This document shows positions 8,407 to 19,744 of a DNA stretch of 64,000 bases, one piece after another. The notes under the pieces are model-generated. The model was not told the origin of the DNA and did no database searches. It saw nothing but the letters and a program-made list of their open reading frames with translations. Numbering within the stretch: the first letter of the stretch is position 1; each line of letters begins with the position of its first letter. The stretch covers positions 188,316-252,315 of the forward strand of contig CAYMDK010000001.1 of assembly GCA_964389465.1 (NCBI GenBank), written 5' to 3'. Origin of the DNA: an uncultured archaeon (GTDB lineage Archaea > Thermoplasmatota > Poseidoniia > MGIII > CG-Epi1). A program made the translations under genes and the position numbers.

Positions 8407-11072
8407 TATTTTCCTCCCCCGACGACTGCCTCGACGATGCTGCCAGCGTCGACCCCTTCGCCGAACTTGGAGCGGGTCGGGTCGACTGCGTCCTCGCCGT
8501 AGCTGAACTGGATGACGGTGTTGGCGGTATTGCGAACGGTACCGTCATACTTGACGCGCAAATCTTCCAGTGCGTTGATCAGCCGCCGCTGCATGTAGCC
8601 GCTGCGCGAAGTGCGCACGGCGGTATCGACCAGCCCCTCGCGGCCGCCCATGGAATGGAAGAAGTACTCGGTCGGGTTCAGCCCGTGCTTGTAGCTCGAG
8701 CGGACGAACCCCTTCGCTGCGGCCCCCAGGTCGCCCTGATTGAAGTGCGAGAGGGTGCGCTTCTCGTAACCACGCGAGATGCGCTCGCCGCGCACCGCCT
8801 GCTGGCCGATACTGCCCGCCATCTGCGACAGGTTGAGCATGCTGCCACGCGCGCCCGAGCGCGCCATGATGACCGCGAAATTGTCCATACCAAGGTGCCA
8901 GCCGGCGATGTCGCCCGCCTTGTCGCGCGCCTGCCCCAGCTTTTTCATCACCTCCACCTCGAGCGTCTCCTCGAGGCTGCGTCCCGGCATGCTCTCGAGG
9001 TTGCCCTTGTTGTAGGAGACGACCAGCTTGTTGACATCCTTCATGGCGCCCTGCATGGCGTCTTCAATCTGCAGGATGGCTTCCGGCGGGATATCCTCGT
9101 CGTCAATCCCGGTCGTGCAGCCGGTCTCCATCAGCGCCCCGACGGCGAGCCGGGTGACGCGGTCGATGAAGTCGCGCGCCGCGCTGGGCCCTTTGAGGCG
9201 CGAAATCTCCTCGAGGATGATTCCCTTGAAGGCGGAGATGGAGCGGCCGTCGACCGGCCCGCGCAGCATCTCGCCGTTGCGGATTTCGACAATCGTGTCA
9301 AGGTCGGCGTTCTCCTCCACGCTGCGGTCGGCGTAATAGACTGAGGCGTTGAACTCCAGGTTCATATCCTCCGGCAGCAGCGCCGAGAAAATCTGTCGTC
9401 CCGACCACTTCGGTCCGTCCTTTGCCTTGGGGTAGGCTGGCTTCGGCAGTTCACCGCGGAAGTCGATGCGCGACAGGATGCGCACAGTCTGGTCCTTGTC
9501 GTAGCTCGCTTCGCGGTGGGTCAACAGAAACATGCCGGTAATGTGGTCGTGGATGGCACCGATGACAGCGCCGCCGAAGCGGGGCGAGCGGATGTGCTCC
9601 TGCACTCGCATCAGGATGCGCGCCTCGGCGCGCGCCTCTTCGGACTGGACCACGTGAAGGTTCATCTCGTCGCCGTCGAAGTCGGCGTTGTAGGGTGGGC
9701 AGACGCAGAGGTTGATGCGGAAGGTTTTGCCCTTCATGATACGTACCTCGTGCGCCATCATCGACATACGGTGCAGCGACGGCTGCCGGTTGAACAGCAC
9801 AATATCGCCATCCATCAGGTGGCGCTCGACGATGAAGCCCGGCTCGAGCCGGTCCAGGTTGAACTCCCAGTTCTCGTCAGTGAGTTTGACGCGTCGCCCG
9901 TCGGGGCGAATCATGTAGTTGATGCCGGGGATGTAGCGCTCAGGGTCGCTCGGGTCGAAGTTCTCCTTCATCAGCCACTTCATGAATTGAAGGTTGTGGA
10001 TGTTGGTGCGGACCGGGACGGTCAACTCGCGCGCCGCCGCCTCCGGGACGCCGACCTGGTTGATGCTCAGGTAGGGGTCGGGGGTAATCACGGTGCGCGC
10101 CGAGAAATTGACGCGCTTTCCGCTCAGGTTGGAGCGGAAGCGCCCCTCCTTGCCCTTCAGCCGCTGGATGATGGTCTTCAGCGGCCGCCCGCTGCGGTGG
10201 CGCGCGGTGGGGATGCCGGCAGTCTGGTTGTCGAAGTAGGTCGTGACGTGGTACTGCAGCAGCTCCCACAGGTCCTCGACGATTAGTTGCGGGGCGCCTG
10301 CGTCGCGGTTCTCGCGCAGCCGCTGGTTGATGCGTAGCACATCGACCAGCTTGTGGGTCAGGTCGTCCTCCGACCGCTCGCCGCTCTCGAGGGTAATTGA
10401 GGGGCGCACCGAGACCGGCGGGACCGGCAGGACGGTGAGCACCATATATTCGGGGCGAGTTGTCTCGGGGTTGAAACCGAGCGTCCGCAGGTCGCCTGCC
10501 GGGATTTTTTCGAGCCGGCTGCGCACCTCCTTTGGAGTCAGCTTGCGCCCCTCCTCACGGAAGGTGGTCGGCTTGTCGAGTGTAAGCTTGATTTGCGATT
10601 CGGTACAGTGCGGGCACGTTTTCGCCTTGATCGCCTCGCGGATGGCGCGGCGGATATGCTCCTGCATCGTGACCGTGGTTCCCGCTTCAGACTCGTGGAT
10701 GTCCTCGAGCAGTGAGGTGTAGTGGTCGATGCGCTCCTGTGGCAGCAGCAGCCGGCTACAGCCGGAGCAGGTGGACGCGAGCACGTCCTTGACGGTCTTG
10801 GAGTAGCCGGAGTGGATGACCGGCATCGCGAAGTCGATATGGCCGAAGTGACCGGGGCACTCGTCCAGTTTTCGGCTGCAGGTCTTGCAGCGCAGCCCCG
10901 GCTCGATGACGCCGAGGTGCATGTCCATCAGCCCCATCGGAATCGGGAAGCCGTCGTCATCGTAAGTGTCGGCGGTGATGACCTTGCTGGTCGAGAGGCT
11001 GCGAATCTCCTTCGGCCCGATGAGCGCGAAGTCGATGCTGCTGATACGCTTGGGTATCATGTGGCGAATCAT
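8406..11072 (-). CDS. rpoA1: DNA-directed RNA polymerase subunit A'
   Basis: 888 aa with zinc motifs ([17 protein letters not shown]) and the catalytic [10 protein letters not shown]. Confidence 0.95.
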   Translation of the reverse strand: MIRHMIPKRISSIDFALIGPKEIRSLSTSKVITADTYDDDGFPIPMGLMDMHLGVIEPGLRCKTCSRKLDECPGHFGHIDFAMPVIHSGYSKTVKDVLASTCSGCSRLLLPQERIDHYTSLLEDIHESEAGTTVTMQEHIRRAIREAIKAKTCPHCTESQIKLTLDKPTTFREEGRKLTPKEVRSRLEKIPAGDLRTLGFNPETTRPEYMVLTVLPVPPVSVRPSITLESGERSEDDLTHKLVDVLRINQRLRENRDAGAPQLIVEDLWELLQYHVTTYFDNQTAGIPTARHRSGRPLKTIIQRLKGKEGRFRSNLSGKRVNFSARTVITPDPYLSINQVGVPEAAARELTVPVRTNIHNLQFMKWLMKENFDPSDPERYIPGINYMIRPDGRRVKLTDENWEFNLDRLEPGFIVERHLMDGDIVLFNRQPSLHRMSMMAHEVRIMKGKTFRINLCVCPPYNADFDGDEMNLHVVQSEEARAEARILMRVQEHIRSPRFGGAVIGAIHDHITGMFLLTHREASYDKDQTVRILSRIDFRGELPKPAYPKAKDGPKWSGRQIFSALLPEDMNLEFNASVYYADRSVEENADLDTIVEIRNGEMLRGPVDGRSISAFKGIILEEISRLKGPSAARDFIDRVTRLAVGALMETGCTTGIDDEDIPPEAILQIEDAMQGAMKDVNKLVVSYNKGNLESMPGRSLEETLEVEVMKKLGQARDKAGDIAGWHLGMDNFAVIMARSGARGSMLNLSQMAGSIGQQAVRGERISRGYEKRTLSHFNQGDLGAAAKGFVRSSYKHGLNPTEYFFHSMGGREGLVDTAVRTSRSGYMQRRLINALEDLRVKYDGTVRNTANTVIQFSYGEDAVDPTRSKFGEGVDAGSIVEAVVGGGK

Positions 11073-14000
11073 GAGAGGTCCTCCAGCCGCAAGCGCGCCG
11101 CGATGCCGAGTGACTTCAGCTCCTCGAGCAGGAGCTTGAATGCATACGACATCGTTACCGGATAGATAGAAGTGTTATCGCCCATGGGCGAAGTCAGGAC
11201 ACCACGCCGGTCCATGTAGGAGAGGTGGCCCGAGCGACTGTCGACATACTGCAATGTCTTGTCACTCTCGTCAAGCAGCCGGTCCTTGATAACCATCGCT
11301 GCACCGTGGCCAATGAGGCAGTCGCGCTCCATCTCACCGAACCGCAGGCCGCCCATGCGGGCGCGCCCCTCGGTCGGCTGGCGCGTCAGCAGCTGCACCG
11401 GTCCGCGTGAACGGGCGTGCAACTTGCCGCTGACCATGTGGTGCAGCTTCTGGTAATAGATGACGCCGATGAAGATGTCGGCGTCAATGCGCCGGCCGGT
11501 CTGCCCGTCGTAGAGCGATTCGCGGCCGGAGTGCTTGAAGCCGAGGCCTGCCAGCTCGCCGCGCAGGTCATCCTCTTTCTCGCCCGAGAAGGCGCTGCCG
11601 TCAATGAAGCGGCCCTGCAAAGCGCCCAGCTTGCCGCCGACCATCTCCAGCACGTGCGCGATGGTCATGCGGCTCGGGATGGCGTGAGGGTTGATAATCA
11701 GGTCCGGGACGACGCCCGACGCGGTGAAGGGCATCCCCTCCGACGGCACCATGTGACCGATGACTCCCTTCTGGCCGTGCCGGCTGGCGAACTTGTCACC
11801 CAGCTCCGGGACGCGCTGGTCACGCACACGGATACGCGCGATGCGCGACCCGCTCTCGGTCTCGGAGAGCATCACCGAATCGACAGTCCCCTTCTCGCCA
11901 TGGCGCACCGTCAGCGATGATTCACGCACTTTCTGTGGCGTCAGGAAGTCGGTCGGCTCGGCGAGGAAGCGGGGCGGACTGGTCTTGCCGATGAGCACCT
12001 CGCGTCCGCGCAGGTCCACCTCGGGGTAAATCAGCCCGTCCTCCTCGAGGTTAAAGTATGCCTCTTCGGAGCGGGCGCCGCGCACGTCGGGGCCGGGAAT
12101 CACGAAGCGGTCCTCCTGGCCGCCGGGATAGCGTCGCTCCTCGGAAATGTAGGAGCGCATGAAACTGGAACGGCCGAGGCCGCGGTCAATCGAGCCGCGG
12201 TTGAAAATCAGCGCGTCCTCCATATTGTAGCCGTGATAGCTCATCACCGCCACGACCATGTTCTGCCCCGCCGGTCGCACGCGCAAGGTGTTGTAGCGCA
12301 TCGCCTCAGTCTGGACCATCGGGCGTTGCGGGTAATGCATCAGGTGGCCGCGCGTGTCGGGGCGCAGCCGGTAGTTGGACTGCCCCATTCCGAGGGACTG
12401 TTTCGACATGCCGGCGCCCATTGTGCAGCGCGGCGACGAGTTATGCTCGGGGAATGGAACGTTCGAGGTCGCGACGCCGAGGATAACCATCGGGTCCACC
12501 TCCATGTGGGTGTAGGCGTGTGTCTTCCGGTTACGCTTCAGGTCATCGGTGTTAAGCGCAATCAGGCAGTTTTCCTCCTCCTCGGCATCGATATATTCGA
12601 TGATTCCCCGTTCCAGCAGGTCATTCCAGACCAGCTTTTCCGAGTCTGCATTCTCGACATCCTTGCCGGTGATGCGCAGCTTGTTGTTGCGGTCAACCAC
12701 CAGCAGCGGACGCCGGATGCGCCCCGGGTCGCAGTTTATGATCACGTCGCCAAGAGAATCATCGTAGCGCACGTTCACAGTATGGCTGATGCGCGCCTCA
12801 CGCCGAAGCTGCCGAATCTTGAGGATGAGGTCCTCCGGGGCCGGATGGCAACCGGCCAGGTCGCCGTTGAAGTAAACCTTGCCCCAGCCACTCTTGAGTT
12901 TCTCGAGCGGATGAACGTCCAGGTCCCGCAAGGTGCCGAGCACTTCGTCATCGGGAAGATTTTCAGAAACGTCAACCATCAAAGCCAGATTCTTGACCAG
13001 TCCACAGTTCTGCCCCTCCGGCGTCTCGTTGGGACAGAGTCGCCCGAACTGGGTCGAGTGCAGGTCGCGCGCCTCGAAGTGCGGCTGGCTGCGGGTCAGC
13101 GGTGAAATCACGCGTCGCAGGTGCGACAGCGTCGCCATGTTGCAGGTGCGGTCGAGCAACTGCGACACGCCGGCGCGGCCACCAGTCCAGTTGCCGGTCG
13201 CCATCGCATGCATAATCTTGTTGGTGAGCACGTCGCGCCGCACGGCGTTGTGGACCCGATTATCTTTGCGTTTAGCGTAATTGCGCTCCATCTGGTATTT
13301 CATGTCGTTTAGCAGCGCCTGCAAGCCCGTGCGGAACAGCTCTTCCATTAGGTTGCCCGCCAGTTTGAGTCGCTTGTTGGCGTAGTGGTCCTTGTCGTCC
13401 GGCTTGCGTCCGCCGGTCGCCAGCTCGAGCACCTCGCGCGCCATGCGACCGAGGAATAGTGCCTTCTTTCCGCGCACTTCCTGACTGGTCGAGAGGTGGG
13501 GTAGCAGGGTGTTGTCGATGATGTAGTTGATACGCTTGCGGCGGTACTCCTTCGACTGTCCGGCCGCAAAACGGCGCTCCAGGTACTGTAGCGCCTCCTC
13601 AGTCGTGAAGACCGACTCGTTCTGGTGGATATCCTCGATGTTGGCCAGCACCTGATTCTGGGTGGTGTCGTCGGCGTTGATGGCCGACATGATTTCGTCA
13701 GCAGACTCCATCCCGAGCGCCATCATCAGCACTACCAGCGGGACCTGTCCCGAGGCGACCGGAATCGATACCTGCAGGATACCATCCTTCTTCTTCTCAA
13801 CTACCGTGAGGGCACGGAAGCCCTCTCGTTGCGAGAATACCTTGGCGAGTTCGGTCTGCCGCTGGTAGCGCGCATTGCGCTCGACCATCACCCGGTTGGG
13901 CGCTAGGTCCTCGAGGCAAACGAGCACGCGCTCGGTGCCGTTAACGATGAAGTAGCCACCGGGGTCCTCCGGGTCCTCCTGCTCCTGCTGAAGGATGGTG

Positions 14001-14509
14001 CGATACTCGCTGTCCGTAGGAGTGGATTCGATTTCGTATTTTTCCTGGATGTAAGCTGAATTGCGGTGCAGGTTGCAGAGCGAGGACTTGATCATAATCG
14101 GCATCAGCCCGATTTCTTCCTCAATATCCTCTATTTCAATATCTTCCTCGATAACAGTGAAGCGCAACAGGATGGGTGCGGCATAGGTGAGGTTGCGCAG
14201 CCGCGACATCATCGGGATGGACTCCGACTGCGAGCCGTTGGCCTCGTAAATCCTCGGCCTCCCGACGCGCGCTTTCCCCAGTTTGATGACCACATCAAGG
14301 TCGCCCAGTTCAAGCCGGATGGAGCCGCGCATGCTCTCGTCGGCGCCGACGGTGATATTGTCGATGACTCGCTGCATCCAGGGCGCGCGATTGCCGTCGT
14401 GCGGCAGGAAGTCGTTGAATGAGCCAAGCTGGTGGTTGACCAGCGCTGCGCTCGGTCCCGCGGTGCTCTTGCCGCGGAAGAAGGACTTGATCAGCGGCCG
14501 CATGTTCAT
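11069..14509 (-). CDS. rpoB: DNA-directed RNA polymerase subunit B (unsplit)
   Basis: 1146 aa with Rpb2 hallmarks ([24 protein letters not shown]). There are 4-nt overlaps with rpoH and rpoA1. Confidence 0.95.
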   Translation of the reverse strand: MNMRPLIKSFFRGKSTAGPSAALVNHQLGSFNDFLPHDGNRAPWMQRVIDNITVGADESMRGSIRLELGDLDVVIKLGKARVGRPRIYEANGSQSESIPMMSRLRNLTYAAPILLRFTVIEEDIEIEDIEEEIGLMPIMIKSSLCNLHRNSAYIQEKYEIESTPTDSEYRTILQQEQEDPEDPGGYFIVNGTERVLVCLEDLAPNRVMVERNARYQRQTELAKVFSQREGFRALTVVEKKKDGILQVSIPVASGQVPLVVLMMALGMESADEIMSAINADDTTQNQVLANIEDIHQNESVFTTEEALQYLERRFAAGQSKEYRRKRINYIIDNTLLPHLSTSQEVRGKKALFLGRMAREVLELATGGRKPDDKDHYANKRLKLAGNLMEELFRTGLQALLNDMKYQMERNYAKRKDNRVHNAVRRDVLTNKIMHAMATGNWTGGRAGVSQLLDRTCNMATLSHLRRVISPLTRSQPHFEARDLHSTQFGRLCPNETPEGQNCGLVKNLALMVDVSENLPDDEVLGTLRDLDVHPLEKLKSGWGKVYFNGDLAGCHPAPEDLILKIRQLRREARISHTVNVRYDDSLGDVIINCDPGRIRRPLLVVDRNNKLRITGKDVENADSEKLVWNDLLERGIIEYIDAEEEENCLIALNTDDLKRNRKTHAYTHMEVDPMVILGVATSNVPFPEHNSSPRCTMGAGMSKQSLGMGQSNYRLRPDTRGHLMHYPQRPMVQTEAMRYNTLRVRPAGQNMVVAVMSYHGYNMEDALIFNRGSIDRGLGRSSFMRSYISEERRYPGGQEDRFVIPGPDVRGARSEEAYFNLEEDGLIYPEVDLRGREVLIGKTSPPRFLAEPTDFLTPQKVRESSLTVRHGEKGTVDSVMLSETESGSRIARIRVRDQRVPELGDKFASRHGQKGVIGHMVPSEGMPFTASGVVPDLIINPHAIPSRMTIAHVLEMVGGKLGALQGRFIDGSAFSGEKEDDLRGELAGLGFKHSGRESLYDGQTGRRIDADIFIGVIYYQKLHHMVSGKLHARSRGPVQLLTRQPTEGRARMGGLRFGEMERDCLIGHGAAMVIKDRLLDESDKTLQYVDSRSGHLSYMDRRGVLTSPMGDNTSIYPVTMSYAFKLLLEELKSLGIAARLRLEDLS

Positions 14510-14751
14510 TCTGCTACCACCCGTCGGTACGCCAGGTTCACTCCGGCGCGTTCGCCGGCTCGTGAAACTTCGATAATGTCGCCTGCCTGGATTTCCTCAT
14601 CCATACCCTGAATAGCGGGGTCAGAGAGCAGGATAAGTGGTAGCTGTTTCGCGTTGACATTCAGCTTGCCCAGTGCACTCTCCACCTCTCCAGCTTCGAG
14701 TTTTCGATGACCCGGAACCAGTTTGTGAAGCCACAATAGTTTATTATCCAA
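14506..14751 (-). CDS. rpoH: DNA-directed RNA polymerase subunit H
   Basis: 81 aa Rpb5 C-terminal-domain-like protein (LVPGHRKL...LPLILLSDP...GDIIEVSR). TTG start preceded by GAGGT. Confidence 0.85.
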   Translation of the reverse strand: MDNKLLWLHKLVPGHRKLEAGEVESALGKLNVNAKQLPLILLSDPAIQGMDEEIQAGDIIEVSRAGERAGVNLAYRRVVAE

Positions 14752-14795
14752 ATTAATTTACCTCTTCCCCGCCTGCCTAGAGCTCCTGTTATCGG

Positions 14796-14869
14796 CGGGC
14801 CTGAAGGGATTCGAACCCTTGACCGTCCGGTTAAAAGCCGGACGCTCTACCTGGCTAAGCTACAGGCCC
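14796..14869 (-). tRNA. tRNA-Lys (anticodon UUU)
   Basis: Hand-folded cloverleaf: acceptor GGGCCTG/CAGGCCC, anticodon arm TCCGG-CTTTTAA-CCGGA, T arm AAGGG-TTCGAAT-CCCTT. CCA is not encoded. Confidence 0.9.
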
Positions 14870-15020
14870 TTCTCTGCACCGCCGACACGCTGGAGCGGCT
14901 CGCCAAGCAAGGGGACTATATAACAATTCCCGACTTCAGTGGGCCGACAGACGCTTTCCGACGACAACAATGGCTTTTTGTCACCTCGGGAGCGGTACCG
15001 GAGAAGGTTTTCGCAGCCAC

Positions 15021-15030
15021 TATTATAAAA
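15021..15030 (+). promoter_or_regulatory. TATA-box-like element upstream of glpX
   Basis: tattataaaa lies about 25 nt upstream of the GTG start at 15050, which is consistent with a leaderless archaeal mRNA. Confidence 0.4.
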
Positions 15031-15049
15031 CCGCGCGCACTCGCGGCGC

Positions 15050-16003
15050 GTGGGGTCCGTAGCAGGGCTGGCGCCGGAATTCCTGCGCGCCACCGAGGCA
15101 GCCGCCATCGCCGCCGGCAGCATGCGCGGTTGCGGCGACAACAAGGCGGCTGACGCCGCAGCGGTAGCCGCGATGCGCGCGGTCTTTGACACCATCGCCT
15201 TCGACGGACGCGTCGCGATTGGCGAGGGCGAGCGCGACGAGGCACCGATGCTCTGGATTGGCGAGCCGCTCGGTTCGCGACAGGGCGACCCCGCAGCGAT
15301 TGCGGTCGATATCGCAATCGATCCGCTCGAGTGCACCAACAACTGCGCGCGCGACAACCCCGACGCGCTCGCCGTGCTGGCAGCGGCACCGCGCGGCGCG
15401 CTGCTCCACGCGCCCGACTGCTACATGGACAAGATTGCCGGCCCGGCGGAACTAACGGGCCACGTCAGCCTTGACGCACCGGTCGCCGACAATTTGCGCG
15501 CAACCGCCGACGTGCTGGGGAAGCAACTCTCCGAAGTGCGAGTCATCGTGCTCGAGCGTCCGCGCCACGAGCAGCTAGTGGCCGAAATCCGCGCAGCCGG
15601 GGCGCAGCTGCAACTCATCGGCGACGGCGACATCGCCGGCGCGCTGCGCGCCGCGACCGGCGAAGCCGACCTGCTGCTCGGCATCGGCGCCGCGCCCGAA
15701 GGCGTCATCACCGCCACTGCGCTGCGCGGACTCGGCGGCTTTTTCGAGGGGCGGCTGCATTTTCACAAGCCCGAGTTCCGCGCGCGAGCAGTCGAGATGC
15801 TCGGCGACGACGTCGACCGGCTCTGGCAGCGCGACGAGCTCTGCACGTCGGATGACGCGGTCTTCGTGGCGACCGGCGTCTGCGACGGCTGGTTGCCCGG
15901 CCCCGTGGAAGGCGAGGGCGGTACGACCACCACCAGCCGTGTAATCTCGGTCGCCGGCGGCAGCGACGAAATAATCCGTCGCGAACACGCGCCAGCCTCT
16001 TAA
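15050..16003 (+). CDS. glpX: fructose-1,6-bisphosphatase class II (GlpX type)
   Basis: 317 aa. The N-terminal EAAAIAA...GDNKAADAAAV..MR and DIAIDPLECTNN motifs are typical of GlpX. Confidence 0.85.
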   Translation: MGSVAGLAPEFLRATEAAAIAAGSMRGCGDNKAADAAAVAAMRAVFDTIAFDGRVAIGEGERDEAPMLWIGEPLGSRQGDPAAIAVDIAIDPLECTNNCARDNPDALAVLAAAPRGALLHAPDCYMDKIAGPAELTGHVSLDAPVADNLRATADVLGKQLSEVRVIVLERPRHEQLVAEIRAAGAQLQLIGDGDIAGALRAATGEADLLLGIGAAPEGVITATALRGLGGFFEGRLHFHKPEFRARAVEMLGDDVDRLWQRDELCTSDDAVFVATGVCDGWLPGPVEGEGGTTTTSRVISVAGGSDEIIRREHAPAS

Positions 16004-16024
16004 GCTGCGCCAGCCTCGGGGGGC

Positions 16025-17044
16025 ATGGACCGAGAGGCACTCGAGGCGACCGCTCGCGCGCTGGCAGCGCCGGGCAAGGGCATCCTGGCGGCGGATGAAT
16101 CCACGCCGACAATGGGCAAGCGGCTGGCGCAGCTGGGGTTGCCCAACGAGCCCGGACTGCGGCGCGAGTTCCGCGAGACGCTCTTCACCGCACCGGGGAT
16201 GGAGCAGTACGTCTCGGGCGTCATCCTGTTTGACGAGACGCTGCGACAAGCGGCGAGCAACGGCCGCGGCATGGCCGAAATCCTCGAGTCGAAGGGCGTC
16301 ATCCCCGGCATCAAGGTCGACGGCGGCGCACACCCGATGGAGGACGCACCGGGCGAGAAACTGACCGCCGGGCTCGACGGCCTTGCGGAGCGGTGCGCCG
16401 AGTACTACGAACTCGGCGCGCGCTTCGACAAGTGGCGCGCCGTCATCACCATCGGCGACAATCTCCCTTCCGGGGCGTGCGTGCAGGGCAACGCCGACAC
16501 GCTGGCCGATTATGCGCGCATCTCGCAGGAGGCCGGCCTTGTGCCGATTGTCGAGCCCGAGGTATTGATGGACGGTACCCATACCATCGACCGCTGCTAC
16601 GAAGTCACGGAGTGGACGCTCAACACAGTCTACGCGGCGCTCGCTGACCGTGGCGTCCACCTGCCGGGAACGCTGCTGAAGCCCAACATGGTCATCTCCG
16701 CCAGCGACGCCGCGAACCGCGCCGGCATCGACGAGGTCGCCCGCGAAACGCTGCGCTGCCTGAAGGCGACCGTACCGGCCGAGGTGCCGGGCATCATGTT
16801 CCTCTCCGGCGGCCAGTCGGAGGTCGAGGCGACCGCGCACCTGAACGCGATGAACGCCATGGGTGGCGGCCCGTGGGAGCTATCGTTCTCCTACGGCCGC
16901 GCGCTGCAGCAGTCGGCGCTACAGGCATGGGGCGGCGTGACGGCCAATTGCGCGACAGCACAGGCGGCGTTCGTGCAGCGCGCGCGGCTCAACGGAGCCG
17001 CGCGCTACGGCCGCTACGCGGCGGAGATGGAAGCGGAAGCCTAG
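16025..17044 (+). CDS. fructose-bisphosphate aldolase, class I (eukaryote/bacterial 'glycolytic' type)
   Basis: 339 aa with GKGILAADESTPTMGKRL and LLKPNMV (Schiff-base Lys region), and a typical length. Confidence 0.9.
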   Translation: MDREALEATARALAAPGKGILAADESTPTMGKRLAQLGLPNEPGLRREFRETLFTAPGMEQYVSGVILFDETLRQAASNGRGMAEILESKGVIPGIKVDGGAHPMEDAPGEKLTAGLDGLAERCAEYYELGARFDKWRAVITIGDNLPSGACVQGNADTLADYARISQEAGLVPIVEPEVLMDGTHTIDRCYEVTEWTLNTVYAALADRGVHLPGTLLKPNMVISASDAANRAGIDEVARETLRCLKATVPAEVPGIMFLSGGQSEVEATAHLNAMNAMGGGPWELSFSYGRALQQSALQAWGGVTANCATAQAAFVQRARLNGAARYGRYAAEMEAEA

Positions 17045-17139
17045 CCGCGCCGGGGAAGGTGGCTGCAACAACAATCGCCGGCGCACCACTTGACGCGGAG
17101 CCCCGCCTCGATATCGCAATCGCACTCGGAACAGCGCAT
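17041..17139 (-). CDS. candidate 32 aa Cys-rich (metallothionein-like) peptide
   Basis: My own translation gives MRCSECDCDIEAGLRVKWCAGDCCCSHLPRRG, with 7 Cys and 1 His. It starts 26 nt after the CDF stop on the same strand. It has no clear RBS and is below the ORF-track size cut-off. Confidence 0.25.
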   Translation of the reverse strand: MRCSECDCDIEAGLRVKWCAGDCCCSHLPRRG

Positions 17140-17164
17140 GGGAAGGCGGCGCCGGGGAGGGAGA

Positions 17165-17956
17165 TTAAGCTTGCTCCAGCCCCAGCAATTCCCGGCTCGA
17201 GTCACTGACCAGCCCCAGCGCCCAGCGCGCAATCACGACGCCGCCGACGATGCCGACCAGCGGGTCAAGGTAGGCGAAGCTGCCGCCGAACGCCGCCCCC
17301 AGCAGCAGCGCCAGGATGACGAAGACCGAGATGAGCGCGTCGGCCAGCACGTGCAGGTAGGCGCCCCGCAGGTTCAGGTCCTCGATGTCTTTCGAGCTGG
17401 CAAAGAGGCGCTCGAGGCGCGACAGGACGAAATCGAAATCCTCGGCGTACGACTGCGCCAGCCGATTCCACGAGCCGAAGTCGCGCGGCGCATGGTCGTG
17501 GCCGTGTGCGTGCGAATGGCTGTCACCTTCGTGGCCCTGCCCCAGAATCCAGGCGCACCAGCCGTTGACGAACAGCCCGATGACGGCGACCGGCAGCGCT
17601 TGCCCGTAGCTGATTTCAGGCTGCTCGATGAAGTGCTGAATCGCCTCCCAGCCGATGTAGAGCGCGACGATGCCGAGCACAATCGCGCTCGCGAAGCCGC
17701 CCAGCGCGCTGGCGCGGCTCGCCTGCGGGCTACCCTCCTCGATGTCGGGGTGGGTACGGGTGAAGTGGTAGGCGTAGAGCGTGATTCCCAGCGCCGCGGC
17801 GTGGGTGCCCATGTGCCAGCCGTCCGCCAGCAGTGCTACTGAATCCGTGAGTTTGCCAGTGACCACCTCGACCACCATCATGACCAGCGTAATCGCGACG
17901 ACGACCTGCGTGCGTCGCTCGCCATCACCGGCCATGCCTTGCGGGTCGCCGTGCAT
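17165..17956 (-). CDS. cation diffusion facilitator (CDF) family divalent-metal efflux transporter
   Basis: 263 aa with six TM segments, a His-rich loop (GHEGDSHSHAHGHDH), and HxxxD-type motifs (LADGWHMGTHA; HVLADAL). Confidence 0.85.
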   Translation of the reverse strand: MHGDPQGMAGDGERRTQVVVAITLVMMVVEVVTGKLTDSVALLADGWHMGTHAAALGITLYAYHFTRTHPDIEEGSPQASRASALGGFASAIVLGIVALYIGWEAIQHFIEQPEISYGQALPVAVIGLFVNGWCAWILGQGHEGDSHSHAHGHDHAPRDFGSWNRLAQSYAEDFDFVLSRLERLFASSKDIEDLNLRGAYLHVLADALISVFVILALLLGAAFGGSFAYLDPLVGIVGGVVIARWALGLVSDSSRELLGLEQA

Positions 17957-18001
17957 CGCGGGGCGGCAGTCCGCGCCGGCTATAACGGTGGCGCCGCGTG
18001 T

Positions 18002-18418
18002 TCAGCGGCTGAAAATCATTTCGTCGCTGGCGAATGCCTTGAACTCCAGCGCGTTGCCGGCCGGGTCGCGGAAAAACATCGTCGCCTGCTCGCCCTGCTC
18101 GCCGCGAAAGCGGACGCACGGCGCAACCAGGAATTCGACCCCGGCCGCCTCGAGTCGTTCCGCCAGCGCCTGCCACTGCGCCATTTCGAGGATGACTCCG
18201 AAATGGCGCGCCGACACCTCGTCGCCGTCGACCGGGTTGGTCGGTGCCTCGTCGATTTTTTCGACGAGGTGCGCCACGATTTGGTGGCCATCGAGGTCGA
18301 AATCAATCCAGCGTTCCGACGAGCGCCCTTCGCGGCAGCCGAGCAGTCCGCAGTAGAACTCGCGCGTCGCCGCGAGGTCATCGACCGGGAACGCGATGTG
18401 GAACGGCCGCAACGCCAT
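18002..18418 (-). CDS. VOC (glyoxalase/bleomycin-resistance/dioxygenase) family protein
   Basis: 138 aa starting at [15 protein letters not shown], a typical VOC beta-alpha-beta-beta-beta start. The longer ORF 18002..18721 overlaps arsR in another frame, so I trimmed it. Confidence 0.75.
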   Translation of the reverse strand: MALRPFHIAFPVDDLAATREFYCGLLGCREGRSSERWIDFDLDGHQIVAHLVEKIDEAPTNPVDGDEVSARHFGVILEMAQWQALAERLEAAGVEFLVAPCVRFRGEQGEQATMFFRDPAGNALEFKAFASDEMIFSR

Positions 18419-18440
18419 GGGGTGGCAGCGGTGCGCGCTA

Positions 18441-18755
18441 TTACTGGCTTGCGAGGAAATCGCGGATGCGTCCTTCCAGCTCCGGCGGCGCGACCGGTGG
18501 TGCGACCCCGACGCGCCGCAGCCGGCCCGCCATCTCGGGCGAGGCGATGGCGTAGATGATGCGTCGGCCGTCGCGCCGCCGTCGGAGAATCCCGGCCTCG
18601 ACCAGCACCCGCAAGTGGCGCGACACCGTCGAGGAATCGCGCCCCGCGACCGCCACCAGCTGCCCCGCATCCAGCTCGCCCTCGAGCAGCGCGCCGGTAA
18701 TGCGCAGCCGGCGCGCGTCACCTAAAGCTTTGAAGAACTTTGCCTGTCCGGCCAT
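18441..18755 (-). CDS. ArsR/SmtB family metalloregulator
   Basis: 104 aa winged HTH ([12 protein letters not shown]...GELDAGQLV...[25 protein letters not shown]). Confidence 0.8.
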   Translation of the reverse strand: MAGQAKFFKALGDARRLRITGALLEGELDAGQLVAVAGRDSSTVSRHLRVLVEAGILRRRRDGRRIIYAIASPEMAGRLRRVGVAPPVAPPELEGRIRDFLASQ

Positions 18756-18783
18756 ATGGTTGTATAATTGTGCAATTATAAAA

Positions 18784-19632
18784 CTATAGCCCCGCCCCGA
18801 CGATGAACGCTGCCATCGCGACCCACATGCCCTGCTTCAGCAGTTTCTGCCCGGCACGCGCGTCGCCCCGCCACGCCAGCCAGAGGCCGTAAAGCATCAC
18901 CGCGTCGGCGGCCGCGACCAGTACGAGGTAGCCGCTGCGCGCGTCGCCGTCGAACCCCGCGGCGGCGCGGAAGCTCAGGATAACCGCCACCAGCAGCGCC
19001 ACCGCCGCCAGCGCCAGCGCGCGTGGCGTCCCGATGGTGGCCGGCAGCGTGCGCCGGTCGCGGTCGCCCGCCAGATCCTGGACGTCCTTGACGATTTCGC
19101 GCGCGACCGAGGCGAGCACCGCCAGCGTGAAGAGCCACAGTGCCGGACCGGGGTCGCCGGTGAGCGAGCCACCGTACAGGAAGACGGCGCCAGAGAGCAA
19201 CGCGACCAGCGCGTTGCCGGGCAGCCCGCTCGCCTTCAGCGCGGTTTCGTAAGCGCCGAGCAGCAGGCAGCCGCCGCCGGCAATCGCCAGCGGCAGCGCA
19301 CCGAGCGCGTCCAGTTGCCAGCCGGCCGCCAGCGCCCCGAGCCCGGTCGCCAGCAGCGCCAGTGCCCAGCGCAGTGCCGCCGCCGGCTGCAGCCGCCCGG
19401 AGGGGAGCGGCCGCTGCGGATGGTTGGCGCGGTCGCCCTCGCGGTCGAACCAGTCGTTGAGCGCATTGCCGCCAGCGACGCACGCCATCGCCGCGCCGCA
19501 GCCGAGCGCCAGCTGCACCGCCAGTCCTGCCAGCTCCGGGCCGACCGCGACGAACGCGCCGACCGCCACGGCGACCGCGGTCAGCACGCAGTTGGCGGGG
19601 CGCGTGATTTCCAGGTAGGGGTTCATTTGCAC
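18784..19632 (-). CDS. UbiA-family prenyltransferase, digeranylgeranylglyceryl-phosphate synthase-like
   Basis: 282 aa polytopic protein with N-terminal YLEITRPANC and the Asp-rich NALNDWFDREGDR motif. Confidence 0.8.
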   Translation of the reverse strand: MQMNPYLEITRPANCVLTAVAVAVGAFVAVGPELAGLAVQLALGCGAAMACVAGGNALNDWFDREGDRANHPQRPLPSGRLQPAAALRWALALLATGLGALAAGWQLDALGALPLAIAGGGCLLLGAYETALKASGLPGNALVALLSGAVFLYGGSLTGDPGPALWLFTLAVLASVAREIVKDVQDLAGDRDRRTLPATIGTPRALALAAVALLVAVILSFRAAAGFDGDARSGYLVLVAAADAVMLYGLWLAWRGDARAGQKLLKQGMWVAMAAFIVGAGL

Positions 19633-19744
19633 TCCTCGGCCCAGCCGTCGGTGCCAGAAAAGGGTCGCAGAGGCGTCGCTGCGCTCATCTTATTTATGTG
19701 TTTGTGAATGACAGTAAATAGACCCCTCGCCCATGATAAGTTCC

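Noticed and set aside
14752-15049. Possible integrated mobile element next to tRNA-Lys, and likewise next to tRNA-Gln at 31400-31475.
   Set aside because: There is no integrase, transposase or duplicated tRNA 3' fragment nearby. The flanking genes are housekeeping genes.
15575-16840. Long antisense or alternative-frame ORFs. Examples: 15575..16840 (-), 20617..21543 (-), 28794..29954 (-), 30266..31405 (+), 34418..36271 (+), 49383..51452 (-), and the N-terminal two thirds of 31861..33303 (-).
   Set aside because: They lie opposite to or out of frame with genes that have clear family motifs. Their translations are Arg/Ala/Gly/Pro-rich low-complexity sequences, typical of stop-poor frames in GC-rich DNA.
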